Source of the DNA: Candidatus Iainarchaeum sp.
GTDB taxonomy: Archaea > Iainarchaeota > Iainarchaeia > Iainarchaeales > JAFCCW01
Direction: 5' to 3'
NCBI GenBank assembly: GCA_017609985.1
Contig: JAFCCW010000013.1
Location: 36,429 to 100,428 of the forward strand
DNA: 64,000 nt
The translations under genes were made by a program, and so were the position numbers. Shown here piece after piece: positions 1-9,863 of the stretch. The notes below the pieces were generated by a model. It was given only the letters and a program-made list of their open reading frames with translations, ran no database searches and was not told where the DNA came from. Position 1 is the first letter of the stretch. Each line of letters begins with the position of its first letter.

Positions 1-323
1 GCCTCTTTCAGCCAGCCCCTTGTGACTTGGGTGTCATTGTTCAGCATGTAATAATAGTCTCCCTTCGCAATTTCAAATCCTTGATTGTTTGCAAAAGCAA
101 AACCCTTGTTCTCTTTGTTGTAAATAACTCTGTCAATCAAACCCTTTTTCTTAGCCTTCTTTATGTTTTCAACATCTTTTTTTTCACTGCCGTTGTCCAC
201 AAGGATTACTTCATATCTGCCATAAACTGTGTTCTTCTTAATGGACTTCAGGCAGTTGTTAAGAAAGCCCCATCCGTTCCAGTTCAGTACAATCACTGAA
301 ACCATTTTTTCTTTTTCTGCCAT
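1..323 (-). CDS. GT2-family glycosyltransferase (N-terminal part; runs off window)
   Basis: Hand translation, not in ORF track: MAEKEKMVSVIVLNWNG...YEVILVDNGS...NKGFAFANNQG...YYYMLNND, classic GT2 motifs. Confidence 0.88.
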   Translation of the reverse strand, partial: MAEKEKMVSVIVLNWNGWGFLNNCLKSIKKNTVYGRYEVILVDNGSEKKDVENIKKAKKKGLIDRVIYNKENKGFAFANNQGFEIAKGDYYYMLNNDTQVTRGWLKE

Positions 324-370
324 AAACATCACTTAACATCAACAAGTTTTAAAGATTTAACCAGCCCAGC

Positions 371-874
371 CTACAATCCTGCTTCAGTTTCTCTGAGAAA
401 TTTTTCAATCCTTTTCACAAGCCTTGTTCTGGTTGAACCATTCTTTGGCTTGAAAGTCAAAGCTTTGTCTAGTGTTTCCTCAAGCTCTCCGATTTCGTTC
501 ACAACCAAAATCTTGCCTTCTTGCTCCATTGCCTCTGCAATTTCTGACTGATGGTTGTTGGTGTGCTCTCCAAACTTTTTCTGGCGTGGCACAACCACTA
601 CTGGTTTTTCCAGCTTCAAAGCATGAATTATTGTGCCTGCGCCCCCGTGGCATACAACAACTTCAGCTTCCTTAAACATTTTCTCGTACTCTTCTCCAGA
701 CCAGTAGTTTTTCTGATTTGCGTTCTTCATCTTGTGGCTGGAGCAACCGCTTTGCACAGAAAAACTCCAGTTACTGGAAGAGGCAATTCTGTCAATTTCC
801 TTCAAAAGCCGGTTAAACTGCTGTGGGTGCGTGCCCACGGAAACAAAGATTTTTTTTTTATTTGCAGTCATCAA
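371..874 (-). CDS. Alg13/PssE-like glycosyltransferase C-terminal subunit (GT28_C)
   Basis: IFVSVGT, VCHGGAGTI, VVPRQKKFGEHTNNHQ motifs; overlaps Alg14-like gene. Confidence 0.88.
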   Translation of the reverse strand: MMTANKKKIFVSVGTHPQQFNRLLKEIDRIASSSNWSFSVQSGCSSHKMKNANQKNYWSGEEYEKMFKEAEVVVCHGGAGTIIHALKLEKPVVVVPRQKKFGEHTNNHQSEIAEAMEQEGKILVVNEIGELEETLDKALTFKPKNGSTRTRLVKRIEKFLRETEAGL

Positions 875-1317
875 AACACACTGCCAGCATACTCTGCTTT
901 TGGATAAAACTCAAGGTTTTCCTTCCACTGGACAAGAAAGAGGTCTGCCAGCCTGTACATTATTCTTCCGCTCAGGCTCTTTTCCCTGATTCTGCAAAAG
1001 CTTTCAATAAAGACTACTTTTTTTCCAAACAGTTTTGCAATCAGGCAGGTTGCAATCGCTGTGTCAGCTCCAGTGCTGATAACCAAGTCAGGTTTTTCTT
1101 TCACGAAAATCTTCATTGACTGCCACAGGTTCACTATCAGTTTCAATGGATTCCTTCGCGGGCACTCTATAAAAAAAACTTTTTCCCTGCCAGCCAACTC
1201 TTCCGAGTCAAGCCTCTTGTCTGTGAGAAAATAGTGCTCCCGGCCTTCAAATGTTTCACTTAACTGAAGCAGTTCTGTTAGATGACCTCCAGCGGAACTA
1301 GCACAGCAGATTTTCAT
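871..1317 (-). CDS. Alg14/PssD-like glycosyltransferase subunit
   Basis: SAGGHLTEL, KPDLVISTGA, VFIESFCR, LFLVQW motifs. Confidence 0.9.
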   Translation of the reverse strand: MKICCASSAGGHLTELLQLSETFEGREHYFLTDKRLDSEELAGREKVFFIECPRRNPLKLIVNLWQSMKIFVKEKPDLVISTGADTAIATCLIAKLFGKKVVFIESFCRIREKSLSGRIMYRLADLFLVQWKENLEFYPKAEYAGSVF

Positions 1318-1414
1318 GCAAACAATATGACAGTAAACGCTTTTATAGGCTTTTTTTCGATGAATGGATTAATTCAACAGACAAAATTAAATATTTCTTC
1401 TCCCTATTTTTTCA

Positions 1415-2162
1415 ATGCCAAAGCGTTTTGTGGAAAGAGTAAGGAGTTTGCAATCTCACCTTACAGGCAGAGGCTTTACTGAGTTTGCAACCTCTCAGGG
1501 AGACAGGCGTGTTTCAAGTCAGAGAATGTCTTCACTAAAACAAGCAGTCGGCGAAAAGCTTGAACAGCTTGAAAGAAATCCTTCAGACAAAGCATTGTTC
1601 GAACTCCATCGCGAGGTTGAGGCTTACCGGGCGCAGGGTGGGTTTGCTCTGCCTGAGGCGATGCTCTTACTTGAGGAAATAGAGCATAGAATAAAGCAGT
1701 CAAGGCCTGTTAAAAGGCTAGCTGAACAGCTCTCCGAGTTTGACCTGAATAATCTTTACATTTCTCCCAAGAACGCAGAATACCTAATGGAACAATCTGC
1801 TTTTCCAGAGCATCATAGAAACCTTGGCTACGAGGTTTCAGGAAGCGCAAAAATCGTGAAAACAGAAAAAGGTTTTGAAATAGTTCCCGTGACTCAGTCA
1901 ATTGAAGACCATGCTCCAAGCACTGTTGCAATAGACCTGCCTGCTTTTTTCAAGAGCGGTTCTCATCTTTTCTGGCACACGCATCCTGCTGGAAGCAGTC
2001 AGCAGAGAAATTCTTTGGGAGACAGGGGGCTCATCAGACAGGATTGGCATCCCGATTGTCATGGCAATGGATGCCAGGCAAATGTTTGACTTTTTAGGAG
2101 ATAAAAAGCCAGTTATTGAATTGCATTATGCTGGAAAACAGTATGGGGTGAATGTGAGATGA
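1415..2162 (+). pseudogene. JAB/MPN-like orphan protein with apparent frameshift at G5 run 2025-2029
   Basis: GYEVSG...FWHTHPAGSSQQRNSLGD resembles E..HxH..SxxD; ORF stops at 2089 but the +1 frame continues RIGIPIVMAMDARQMFDFLG... to TGA at 2160-2162. Confidence 0.5.
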
Positions 2163-2269
2163 GAATTAGAACTTTCAAAAAGATTGCTGGAAAAACAGTC
2201 CTTGATATTGGAGCCGGGGACTCTGACTGTGTAAAAATACTTAACGAAAAAGAAGCTTGCGGAAAATAA
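2159..2269 (+). pseudogene. Truncated class I SAM-dependent methyltransferase remnant (36 aa)
   Basis: MRIRTFKKIAGKTVLDIGAGDSDCVK...; motif I VLDIGAG; ATG overlaps upstream TGA. Confidence 0.55.
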
Positions 2270-2275
2270 TTTTAT

Positions 2276-3322
2276 TTAGTTTTTTTTTGTCTGCTTTGCT
2301 GAAATAAGTTTTTGCAAGAACATCAAATTGTAGTTGAAGAAAAAGACATCAATGGGAACAAAGATAATTGTTGCCACTAAAATCAGCACTAAGAATCCAA
2401 TGATAAGCAGTAGAATTGCTGGAATCAAAACCGCGGCTGACATTGACACAAGCGGAATCAAAACCAATGCTAAAAGCAGTCCAACTATGACAAATGGAAT
2501 TGCAATAACCAATACTCCAATAATCTGTATTATTGTTGCTACAAAGCTCAGAATTGTTTGCATTATAATCAGCAATACAACCTGCAAAATATTTTGTTTT
2601 GTGAGCGAAATACTTTTCTTTAAAGCCTCCCACGCCCGCAGTTCACTTAAGTACAGCCAGTAGGCAACAAACTGAATAACTAAATAATTAATAATCGCGA
2701 GCACGATGAATGCAATGATTGAAATAAGCACAAGAAGCCCCATTAATACAGTGTTTGAAGCAAGACCTGCGGCTGGTCCAAGAATAGCTGGATCTATTTT
2801 CAAAAAGAATAAAGCAAGTGAAATTCCTGCGAGAAGCATTATTAACATAAAAGGCAGTCCCAAAAGCGCTAGCGTGATTTCAAGAATCGAAAGCGAGAGA
2901 GCTTTTCTGTAAAACTTTTTCAGGTAAGATATAATGCTGACCTGATTTGTTGAAACACTTTCAAGAATAGCAAAAAAGCACATATTCTTTAACAGAGTGA
3001 AAATAATGCTGAAGACAAACAGGATTACTATGCCAATCAGAATCCAAAAAGCAAAAGCATTGATTGTTTGCTGGGGAATTGAAGCAAACCATGCTGGTAA
3101 TCCAGTTAAACCATCTTTTATTTTAGTAATATCCAAAGAATTCGAGTTGAAGTTGAAATTGCTTCCTCCGCCGCCTCCTGAAAACAGGGAGAAAACAAAG
3201 ACAAGCAATCCAATTTTTACCCATTTCCAGAACAGGCCGGGGCCGGAGAAAAACTTCTTTGTTTTGTCAATCGCGGGTTCGATTAAATCAATTGCATGCC
3301 AAGACATAATATTAACAAACAT
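2276..3322 (-). CDS. Multi-pass membrane protein of unknown function
   Basis: 348 aa, many hydrophobic helices, Gly-rich GGGGGSNFNFN loop. Confidence 0.75.
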   Translation of the reverse strand: MFVNIMSWHAIDLIEPAIDKTKKFFSGPGLFWKWVKIGLLVFVFSLFSGGGGGSNFNFNSNSLDITKIKDGLTGLPAWFASIPQQTINAFAFWILIGIVILFVFSIIFTLLKNMCFFAILESVSTNQVSIISYLKKFYRKALSLSILEITLALLGLPFMLIMLLAGISLALFFLKIDPAILGPAAGLASNTVLMGLLVLISIIAFIVLAIINYLVIQFVAYWLYLSELRAWEALKKSISLTKQNILQVVLLIIMQTILSFVATIIQIIGVLVIAIPFVIVGLLLALVLIPLVSMSAAVLIPAILLLIIGFLVLILVATIIFVPIDVFFFNYNLMFLQKLISAKQTKKN

Positions 3323-3383
3323 AACAGGCTGTATTTAATTGTTTCTGGTTGGTGTGAGTGCAGGATTTTGTTAGAAGTTGTGA

Positions 3384-4127
3384 TTATTCTTCAACACATT
3401 TCATTTCCCTGCATTCAAATCCTTCTTTGCAATCAAATATGAGAAAACATTCGATGCAGACTCTTGCGTTTGAATAACAGGAATATTTTCCGCTTTCGCA
3501 GTTCTCGCATTCTTGAATGCAGTCTTCATCTAAAGAACACTCATCAATTGTTTCTCCAGTTACAGTGATTGTTTTCTTTACTGTTTTAACAGGTTTCAAT
3601 TTTGTAAGGATTTCTTTTTTTTCCGAAGAAGACAAATTTGAAATAAATTCTTGATTATTGGTTAATCTATTTATTTCTTCAGCTTCAAAAACCTGTAGTT
3701 CCAGTGAATAGTTTCCTGCGGAAATGAAGAAAGGAAGCAATCCGCGAAAAGAATGGCTGGTTTCGCTTATTTCAAAGGCCTGTATTTCATTTGTGCTTGT
3801 GACTTTGGGATAAATCGTGCCAGAAACACAAAACTCTTTGGCACTAAATCCTTCTTTTTCACAAATCATTACAAAATAGTATTCCTTTGAAACATTCTTG
3901 AATGAATATTCCCCGCTAATAAGTTCCCTTGTTTTAAGTTTTGTTTTTGGAATAGAAAACTCAATTTCCAGAATACTCTCATTTGAATAATTCAGTTCTC
4001 CTGCGTTGCTGTCATCTTCAACTGTTTGTTCATTTGCTGAAGAATCTTCTTTTGTTACTGGGATTGAAACACACCCTGAAAAAACAAGCAACATAATCAA
4101 CAAAAAAGCATTTATTTTAAATTGCAT
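3384..4127 (-). CDS. Putative lipoprotein with Cys-rich C-terminus
   Basis: Signal peptide with lipobox LLVFSGC; C-terminal ECSLDEDC...C..C repeats. Confidence 0.7.
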   Translation of the reverse strand: MQFKINAFLLIMLLVFSGCVSIPVTKEDSSANEQTVEDDSNAGELNYSNESILEIEFSIPKTKLKTRELISGEYSFKNVSKEYYFVMICEKEGFSAKEFCVSGTIYPKVTSTNEIQAFEISETSHSFRGLLPFFISAGNYSLELQVFEAEEINRLTNNQEFISNLSSSEKKEILTKLKPVKTVKKTITVTGETIDECSLDEDCIQECENCESGKYSCYSNARVCIECFLIFDCKEGFECREMKCVEE

Positions 4128-4222
4128 GCTGAAATAAAGAAACCCCAACTATAAAAACCTTTTTTCACCGGAAATCTCGTGCTTCAAAGCTTTTTAATTG
4201 GTTTTCCTTCTCATTATCTCCT

Positions 4223-5410
4223 ATGCCAACTTATTCTCATTCTCGTCTGAACAAGTTTGAGAACTGTCCGCTCTCCTACTACTACAGTTATGTAGACAAA
4301 CCTTATGTTGAATACGTGCAGGGGATTGAGGGTTTTCTTGGAAACATAGTTCACAATACTCTTGAAAAACTTTACAAAGAACTTATGCTCACAAAATTCA
4401 ACTCCCTTAACTCCATTCTTCAATACTATGAAAAGCAGTGGAAAGAAAACTTCACTGAAGACATTGTCATTGTCAAAAAAGGACTGAAGGCAGAGCACTA
4501 TCATGACCTTGGCAGAAAATGCGTTGAAGACTATTACGCGCGTCATCAACCGTTTGATGAAGACAAAACAATCGCCTGCGAAAAACGCGTAACCATAAAG
4601 CTGGATTCGGGACACAGGCTGTGTGGTTATATTGACAGGCTGTCTGAACAAGAGGAAGGTCATTACGTGATACACGACTACAAGACATCCGGTCGCCTGC
4701 CCATACAAGACCAAGCAGACCAGGACAGACAGCTTGCGCTCTACCAGATTGGAGTCTTGCAGGAATTCAATGACGCGCTTGATGTAGACTTGTGCTGGCA
4801 TTATCTTGCTTTTGACAAGGACATCTGGAGCAAGCGAAGCGAGGAAGACCTTGACGAACTCAAAAAGAACATAATATCTCTTATTGGGGAAGTTGAAAAA
4901 GCAGAGAAGAAAGGAGAGTTTCCCTGCAAGGAAGGCCCTCTCTGCTCTTGGTGCATGTTCTCTCACATCTGCCCTGCAAAGGGTCACGAGGTACTAGTGG
5001 AAAACCTGCCTGTTCGGGAATTCAAAAAAGAAGCTGGTGTGAAAATCGTGAACCAGTATGTGAAGCTGAACAACGAGATAGCCGAACTAAGCGGGAAGTT
5101 GGAAGAGATAAAACAGGATGCGTTTTCTTATGCTGATCAGCATGAATTGGAGAAAATTGTCGGAAGCGATGCTGCTTTGAAAATTTATTCAGGGAAGAGT
5201 TTTTCACTGGCTGGGCTATCTGCTGAACAGAAGGAAGAGCTGGAAAAGCTGTTAAAAGACGAGAAGCTGTTGAAGCGATTCCAGTTGCTTGACACAAGAG
5301 CGCTGGGGAACGCGGTTGCGAAAGAGGAATTAGAGAAAGGCGCTGTGAAAAAAATCAAGAAGTTTGGAGAAGAAAAAGAAAACAAGAGTTTAAGGATTGT
5401 AAAGAAGTAA
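4223..5410 (+). CDS. PD-(D/E)XK nuclease, RecB/AddB/Cas4-like, stand-alone
   Basis: YSHSRL..FENCP, GNIVH, GYIDRL, IHDYKT, QLALY, C..C.....C (CSWCMFSHIC). Confidence 0.88.
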   Translation: MPTYSHSRLNKFENCPLSYYYSYVDKPYVEYVQGIEGFLGNIVHNTLEKLYKELMLTKFNSLNSILQYYEKQWKENFTEDIVIVKKGLKAEHYHDLGRKCVEDYYARHQPFDEDKTIACEKRVTIKLDSGHRLCGYIDRLSEQEEGHYVIHDYKTSGRLPIQDQADQDRQLALYQIGVLQEFNDALDVDLCWHYLAFDKDIWSKRSEEDLDELKKNIISLIGEVEKAEKKGEFPCKEGPLCSWCMFSHICPAKGHEVLVENLPVREFKKEAGVKIVNQYVKLNNEIAELSGKLEEIKQDAFSYADQHELEKIVGSDAALKIYSGKSFSLAGLSAEQKEELEKLLKDEKLLKRFQLLDTRALGNAVAKEELEKGAVKKIKKFGEEKENKSLRIVKK

Positions 5411-5628
5411 GATTTTGCTAAACCAGATCCGCTAATGACTTGAACTGGAATTTTCCTTTTTTAAATTGAAAATTAATAATTAATAATCCTTGCAATTACT
5501 TTGCTCTTTTTGGAACAATCCTGTCTTTAGAGTCCGCCGAAAACAGATATCACAAAATCAAAGGGTTTTTTTGGTTTAAATCCATTGATATGGCGAGAAG
5601 TTTTTGAAGATTAAAAATCTTTTCGTTT

Positions 5629-6657
5629 TTAGACAACCATCCACTTGAAGTAGACGAGTGAGAGAACAACCAGGCAGATTGCTGTCTGCATTCCAAGAAT
5701 AATCTGGGTAACTTGTTTTTCAGTGAACTTGCCTTGCCTCATTACCCAGTGGGTTAGTGAACCGCCGTTAGGGCTTGCTTTCAAAGTGCCGTCTTCCTGT
5801 GGCAAGCCAAAGCACTCTGACTTAAAGCCATGCCTTGCCTTGAACAATAACTCCACAAAGAAAAGAGAGAACAACAGAATACCAATCTTTTCCATGTCGC
5901 CGACAATCACTGCTGCAGCAGCAGCTGCACCGTAAAGAAGTGTAAGAGAATCGCCTCCGAAAATTTTTGCAGGAAACCAGTTAAATCTTAGAAATCCAAG
6001 CAGTCCGCCAAGAACAGCAGCAGAAATTACTGCACTCTCTGCAATTCCTAAATAAAGCGAGACAATCAAAATGCTTCCGTGAATTAATGCGCCTAAACCT
6101 GCTTCCAGTCCATTGAATCCAGCAAGCATATTAGCAGCATTGCTTGCTCCAGTAACACCAGCTGGAACAAAGAAAAGAGAATAAAACAAGCCAAATGAGA
6201 CATAGCCGAATACTGGAATCATTATTTCTGTTGGCAAAGGGCCAATGAAGGGAATATTCATTGCAGGATTGTTTATTTTCACAGCCATTAATGGAAGCGC
6301 AGCAAACACTGGCATTAACGCGTGCTGCCACTGCTTTATTCCAGACTTCCACCCAAGCAAGTCGTCAACAAAACCGATTACTGCTACAAGAGCTATTGTG
6401 CAAAAAGCAGCAAGTATTAAAGTAATGTTCAAATCAATAATGTGCAGATAAGAAAAAGCAAACAACGCTGCTACAAGACCCAGTGAAAATCCAAAGAAAA
6501 CAGACAATCCTCCGATTTCCGGAATGCGCGGATTTCCCACTTTATTCATGTCTTTTCCAAGCAAGTCTCTTGCCTTAATTCTTTCAATAAGTCTGGGTGT
6601 AATAAACAAGACAGTTGCAATGGAGAGAAAAAAACTGATAAATGCTGCTAAAAGCAT
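5629..6657 (-). CDS. UDP-GlcNAc:dolichyl-phosphate GlcNAc-1-phosphotransferase (AglH/Alg7/GPT-like, MraY family)
   Basis: GKDMNK, PEIGGL, GFVDD, NAANMLAGFNGLE, FNWFPAKIFGGD. Confidence 0.88.
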   Translation of the reverse strand: MLLAAFISFFLSIATVLFITPRLIERIKARDLLGKDMNKVGNPRIPEIGGLSVFFGFSLGLVAALFAFSYLHIIDLNITLILAAFCTIALVAVIGFVDDLLGWKSGIKQWQHALMPVFAALPLMAVKINNPAMNIPFIGPLPTEIMIPVFGYVSFGLFYSLFFVPAGVTGASNAANMLAGFNGLEAGLGALIHGSILIVSLYLGIAESAVISAAVLGGLLGFLRFNWFPAKIFGGDSLTLLYGAAAAAAVIVGDMEKIGILLFSLFFVELLFKARHGFKSECFGLPQEDGTLKASPNGGSLTHWVMRQGKFTEKQVTQIILGMQTAICLVVLSLVYFKWMVV

Positions 6658-6665
6658 TAAGCCAC

Positions 6666-8867
6666 CTACTTCACCTTGAAGATTTTAACGCCCTTAAAAC
6701 TGTAAACCTCTTCAAAATGCTTCATCATTTCTGGCTCGTGGAACCAGAGTTTTGCCATTGCTGACTCATTAGTATTCTTGGAGAGGAAGAAAATTTCAGA
6801 GTTGTCCTCTGCTCTGTAATACCACAGCAAGTCATTGTTCTGAGTAGTGGTTGGCATCTTCTGCCAGTCAGTTGAAATTGAAGACATCTGTCCGACAGGA
6901 ATAGTGTTTGCTCCGCATCTGTAAGCTGTGTCGTTTTCTATCAGATTGCAGTAGAAATTTATTCCCCCATAAGGCAGGGTTGGAACACCATAGTGCTGTA
7001 CTATTCGTGGATCTTGTGAATTTGTTGTCCAGTAAGCCCAGTAAGCAAGAGAAACCTGTTTTTGAAAATTATCAGAGTCAATAAGGATATAGTCTGGTTT
7101 ATATTTATCTACGATTGAAAACGCTTTGTTAATGTCTTTTGTAATAATGAATTCAGCCATTGCACTGGCAGCTTCCTGGTCAAGATTTCTGTTGTCAGTA
7201 AAAACTGGACGCTCCGCGAGGAATGAAATCCAGTGCCCTTCATCCCACCAGTTCATAATCGTTGAACCCTCTGGAGTACTTTCCTTAAGCCAGGCTGTTG
7301 CAGCCTTGTAATCCGGATTTGACTCAATCATTGGAACATGACCTTCAACAAAAATAGCTGAAGCAACAATTCCATTAATCATTAACAATCCAATAACTCC
7401 AAAAGCTCCTGCCTTGACAATAGTGTCCCCCTTGGAAGAGAAAAACATAGCCATTGCTGTAAGAAAAACTGCTGACAATAAGATGGAGAGCCATATGCCA
7501 ACAGGCAAAGCAACAATAAACAATATGAGAGCAATTGCTCCGGACAAAATCATCTTGTTGTGCCTTGAAAGATTGTTAAGATAGTAACTCATTTCTGCTA
7601 CGACAAATCCTGCTGAAGCAGCAATCGGAAGACCAAAGGTAAACGTGAACTTTAGCTTGTACCAAGCCATGAAAAAAGTAATCAAAATCCAGAAAAACAC
7701 TATTCCTGAAAGATGCTCTTTTGGTTCCCTGAACATTCTGAGCGGAATCAAGAGCAAAGCAATAATCGGCAAAGCAATCAATGCATTGTATTTTCTTCCA
7801 AAGGATTCCTTTCCAGTGCTTTCCTCTCCAACGCTTGATTCAATTAGTCCAGAGCCCCTAAAATCGTTGACTGTGAGCAGGGTTCCAACAAATGCGAGCA
7901 GAATCAAAAACATGAGTGCAAGGGAAACAAATGAAACCCATTTGCTGTTGTCCTTGCTTTCGTCTCCACCCATTACAAACATGATATAGGCAACTAATCC
8001 ACCGAACAAGACAAGTCCGCCGAGCAACAGAAGACCAATTCCCTCAGGCATTACTCCAAGCACGTAGCTGATTGACCTGTTAATCCACTTTCCGCCGTCA
8101 TTCACGGAAGCGATTAATGCAAATATTCCAAACGAGATTCCAAACAGTTTTGCAAGATTGAACAATTCCTGCTTGCTTCTCTTGTTGTAAACATTAATCA
8201 AAGCAAACACGAGATAGCCGACTAAAACCATTGGGATTAATAGGAACATTTCCCAGGTCAAAGCCATTATTCCAAAGAATACTCCTGAGGCAACAGCATA
8301 TCCTGCAGTTCTCTTGTTGAATTCTAGTTTTTTCAGGGACGCAGTCAAGAAACCAAGGCCTATTACCATCCAGAGAAACCCAAGAGAGTCCTCTTCAAAG
8401 AAACCAGACATTGTTCTGTAAACAAAGCTTGGAACAATTGCTGCAAAGAAAGCCATTGCAAAGCCAGCTCTCTTTCCATAAATATTTTTTCCGACAAAGT
8501 ATAGTCCGACAGCAGTCAAGGCTCCATAAATTGCAGGCAAAAACTTTACATGCTGAATCCAGAGCTCTTTGCTGTAAGCTGCTCCAAGAGTTGTAATCGA
8601 GTAAACAAGTGCGTTAAAAATCCAAAAAAACTGTCCTTGGTCTGGCAGGTCTGATCCTCCAGACTGCCAGTAAGCCATAAAGTCCTTGTCCGGCACTGCC
8701 CCGGTCTTAATTACTTCTCCAACAATCTTGGTGTGAAAATAAGAATCAAATCCAAAAAGCAAGTCATATTTTGACATGTGAGCTCTGACACCAAACGCCA
8801 GAACGAAAATCAGCAAGAGAATCAAGATTGTTTTCTTGTTTGCCTTAATCTTGTTAACCAAATCCAA
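6666..8867 (-). CDS. aglB: Oligosaccharyltransferase AglB (STT3 family)
   Basis: GFDSYFH, RTMSGFFEED, SVGEE, WWDEG motif; many TM helices; GGTGA SD before TTG start. Confidence 0.93.
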   Translation of the reverse strand: MDLVNKIKANKKTILILLLIFVLAFGVRAHMSKYDLLFGFDSYFHTKIVGEVIKTGAVPDKDFMAYWQSGGSDLPDQGQFFWIFNALVYSITTLGAAYSKELWIQHVKFLPAIYGALTAVGLYFVGKNIYGKRAGFAMAFFAAIVPSFVYRTMSGFFEEDSLGFLWMVIGLGFLTASLKKLEFNKRTAGYAVASGVFFGIMALTWEMFLLIPMVLVGYLVFALINVYNKRSKQELFNLAKLFGISFGIFALIASVNDGGKWINRSISYVLGVMPEGIGLLLLGGLVLFGGLVAYIMFVMGGDESKDNSKWVSFVSLALMFLILLAFVGTLLTVNDFRGSGLIESSVGEESTGKESFGRKYNALIALPIIALLLIPLRMFREPKEHLSGIVFFWILITFFMAWYKLKFTFTFGLPIAASAGFVVAEMSYYLNNLSRHNKMILSGAIALILFIVALPVGIWLSILLSAVFLTAMAMFFSSKGDTIVKAGAFGVIGLLMINGIVASAIFVEGHVPMIESNPDYKAATAWLKESTPEGSTIMNWWDEGHWISFLAERPVFTDNRNLDQEAASAMAEFIITKDINKAFSIVDKYKPDYILIDSDNFQKQVSLAYWAYWTTNSQDPRIVQHYGVPTLPYGGINFYCNLIENDTAYRCGANTIPVGQMSSISTDWQKMPTTTQNNDLLWYYRAEDNSEIFFLSKNTNESAMAKLWFHEPEMMKHFEEVYSFKGVKIFKVK

Positions 8868-8924
8868 AAAATCACCAAGCGTACAGAACCTAATAATTGG
8901 AACAATAAATTGTTTAAAAGGCTA

Positions 8925-8972
8925 TCTTGTAAATTAATTCACAAAAACTCTTGTAAATTAATTCACAAAAAC
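8925..8972. repeat. Perfect 2 x 24-bp tandem duplication between divergent aglB and membrane-protein genes
   Basis: tcttgtaaattaattcacaaaaac at 8925-8948 and 8949-8972; each contains near-palindrome TTGT-A-AATTAATT-C-ACAA. Confidence 0.95.
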
Positions 8973-9008
8973 ATTACTTTTTTATATAAAAAGATTATTT
9001 AAGTTATC

Positions 9009-9812
9009 ATGTTTGAGAGCTTTGGGCGAAGTTGGAATCTTATGAAACAGAGCTTTTCAGTTCTCAAGAAAGATAAAGAACTCATTGCTTTTCCTATTCT
9101 CTCCGGAGTCTTTGCAGCAATAGTTATTGTTTCTTTTTTGATTCCTATTTTTGTTGTTGAATCGCTTTTTGATTCTCCCATTATCTATGTTTTGCTCTTG
9201 CTCATGTACATTGTTTTGTACTTCTTTGTTGTATTTTTCAATGCAGCTCTTGTCGGAGCAGCAATGATTAGGATGGGCGGGCAGGACCCAACACTGGGAG
9301 ATGGTTTAAACATCGCGTTTTCAAACATCAAAAATATTTTTCTCTGGGCTGTTGTTGCAGGAACAGTCGGACTTGTCCTGCGTATGCTTGCAAGCCAAAG
9401 CAAGAAAAATTTCATCGCAAGCATATTGGTTTCAATTATTGGGGCTGCTTGGACTCTCTTAACTTACTTTGTTGTTCCGACAATTGTGGTTGAGGGAGTT
9501 GGTCCATTGAAGGCAATCAGGAAATCCAAGCAAATCATTTTTGAAAAATGGAGGGAAACAATCCTTGGAGGAATTGGATTTGGATGGATTCAGGCAATCT
9601 TCTCAATTATAGCAATCATCTTATTTTTTATAGTGTTTTTATTTCTCCCATTTTTAGCAATTCCGGCAGCAATTATTTTACTTCTTGCAGTTGTCTTTAT
9701 AGGTCTTGTTTTTTCAGCTCTTGCGGGAGTGTTCTCTGCAGCAGTCTACTATGCATCTGTAACTGGAGAAAATCCTGATGGAATTGATCTTTCGGTTCTA
9801 AAGAAAAGCTGA
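9009..9812 (+). CDS. Membrane protein, DUF6159-like
   Basis: SFSVLKKDKELIAFP, FFNAALV, YFVVPTIVVEG..AIRKS..KWRE pattern. Confidence 0.75.
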   Translation: MFESFGRSWNLMKQSFSVLKKDKELIAFPILSGVFAAIVIVSFLIPIFVVESLFDSPIIYVLLLLMYIVLYFFVVFFNAALVGAAMIRMGGQDPTLGDGLNIAFSNIKNIFLWAVVAGTVGLVLRMLASQSKKNFIASILVSIIGAAWTLLTYFVVPTIVVEGVGPLKAIRKSKQIIFEKWRETILGGIGFGWIQAIFSIIAIILFFIVFLFLPFLAIPAAIILLLAVVFIGLVFSALAGVFSAAVYYASVTGENPDGIDLSVLKKS

Positions 9813-9863
9813 TTATTAAAACAAGACTGATAACTTAAAGTAAAGTTTATTCACTTTATTTAC

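Noticed and set aside
1402-1417. Shared CCCTATTTTTT-Y-A-ATG before ORFs 1415 and 31003 as a regulon motif
   Set aside because: Similar T-rich stretches precede other apparently leaderless genes; likely a general promoter feature
4223-5410. Cas4-like nuclease as evidence of a CRISPR-Cas system
   Set aside because: No repeat-spacer array or other cas genes in the window; solo PD-(D/E)XK nucleases are common in archaea
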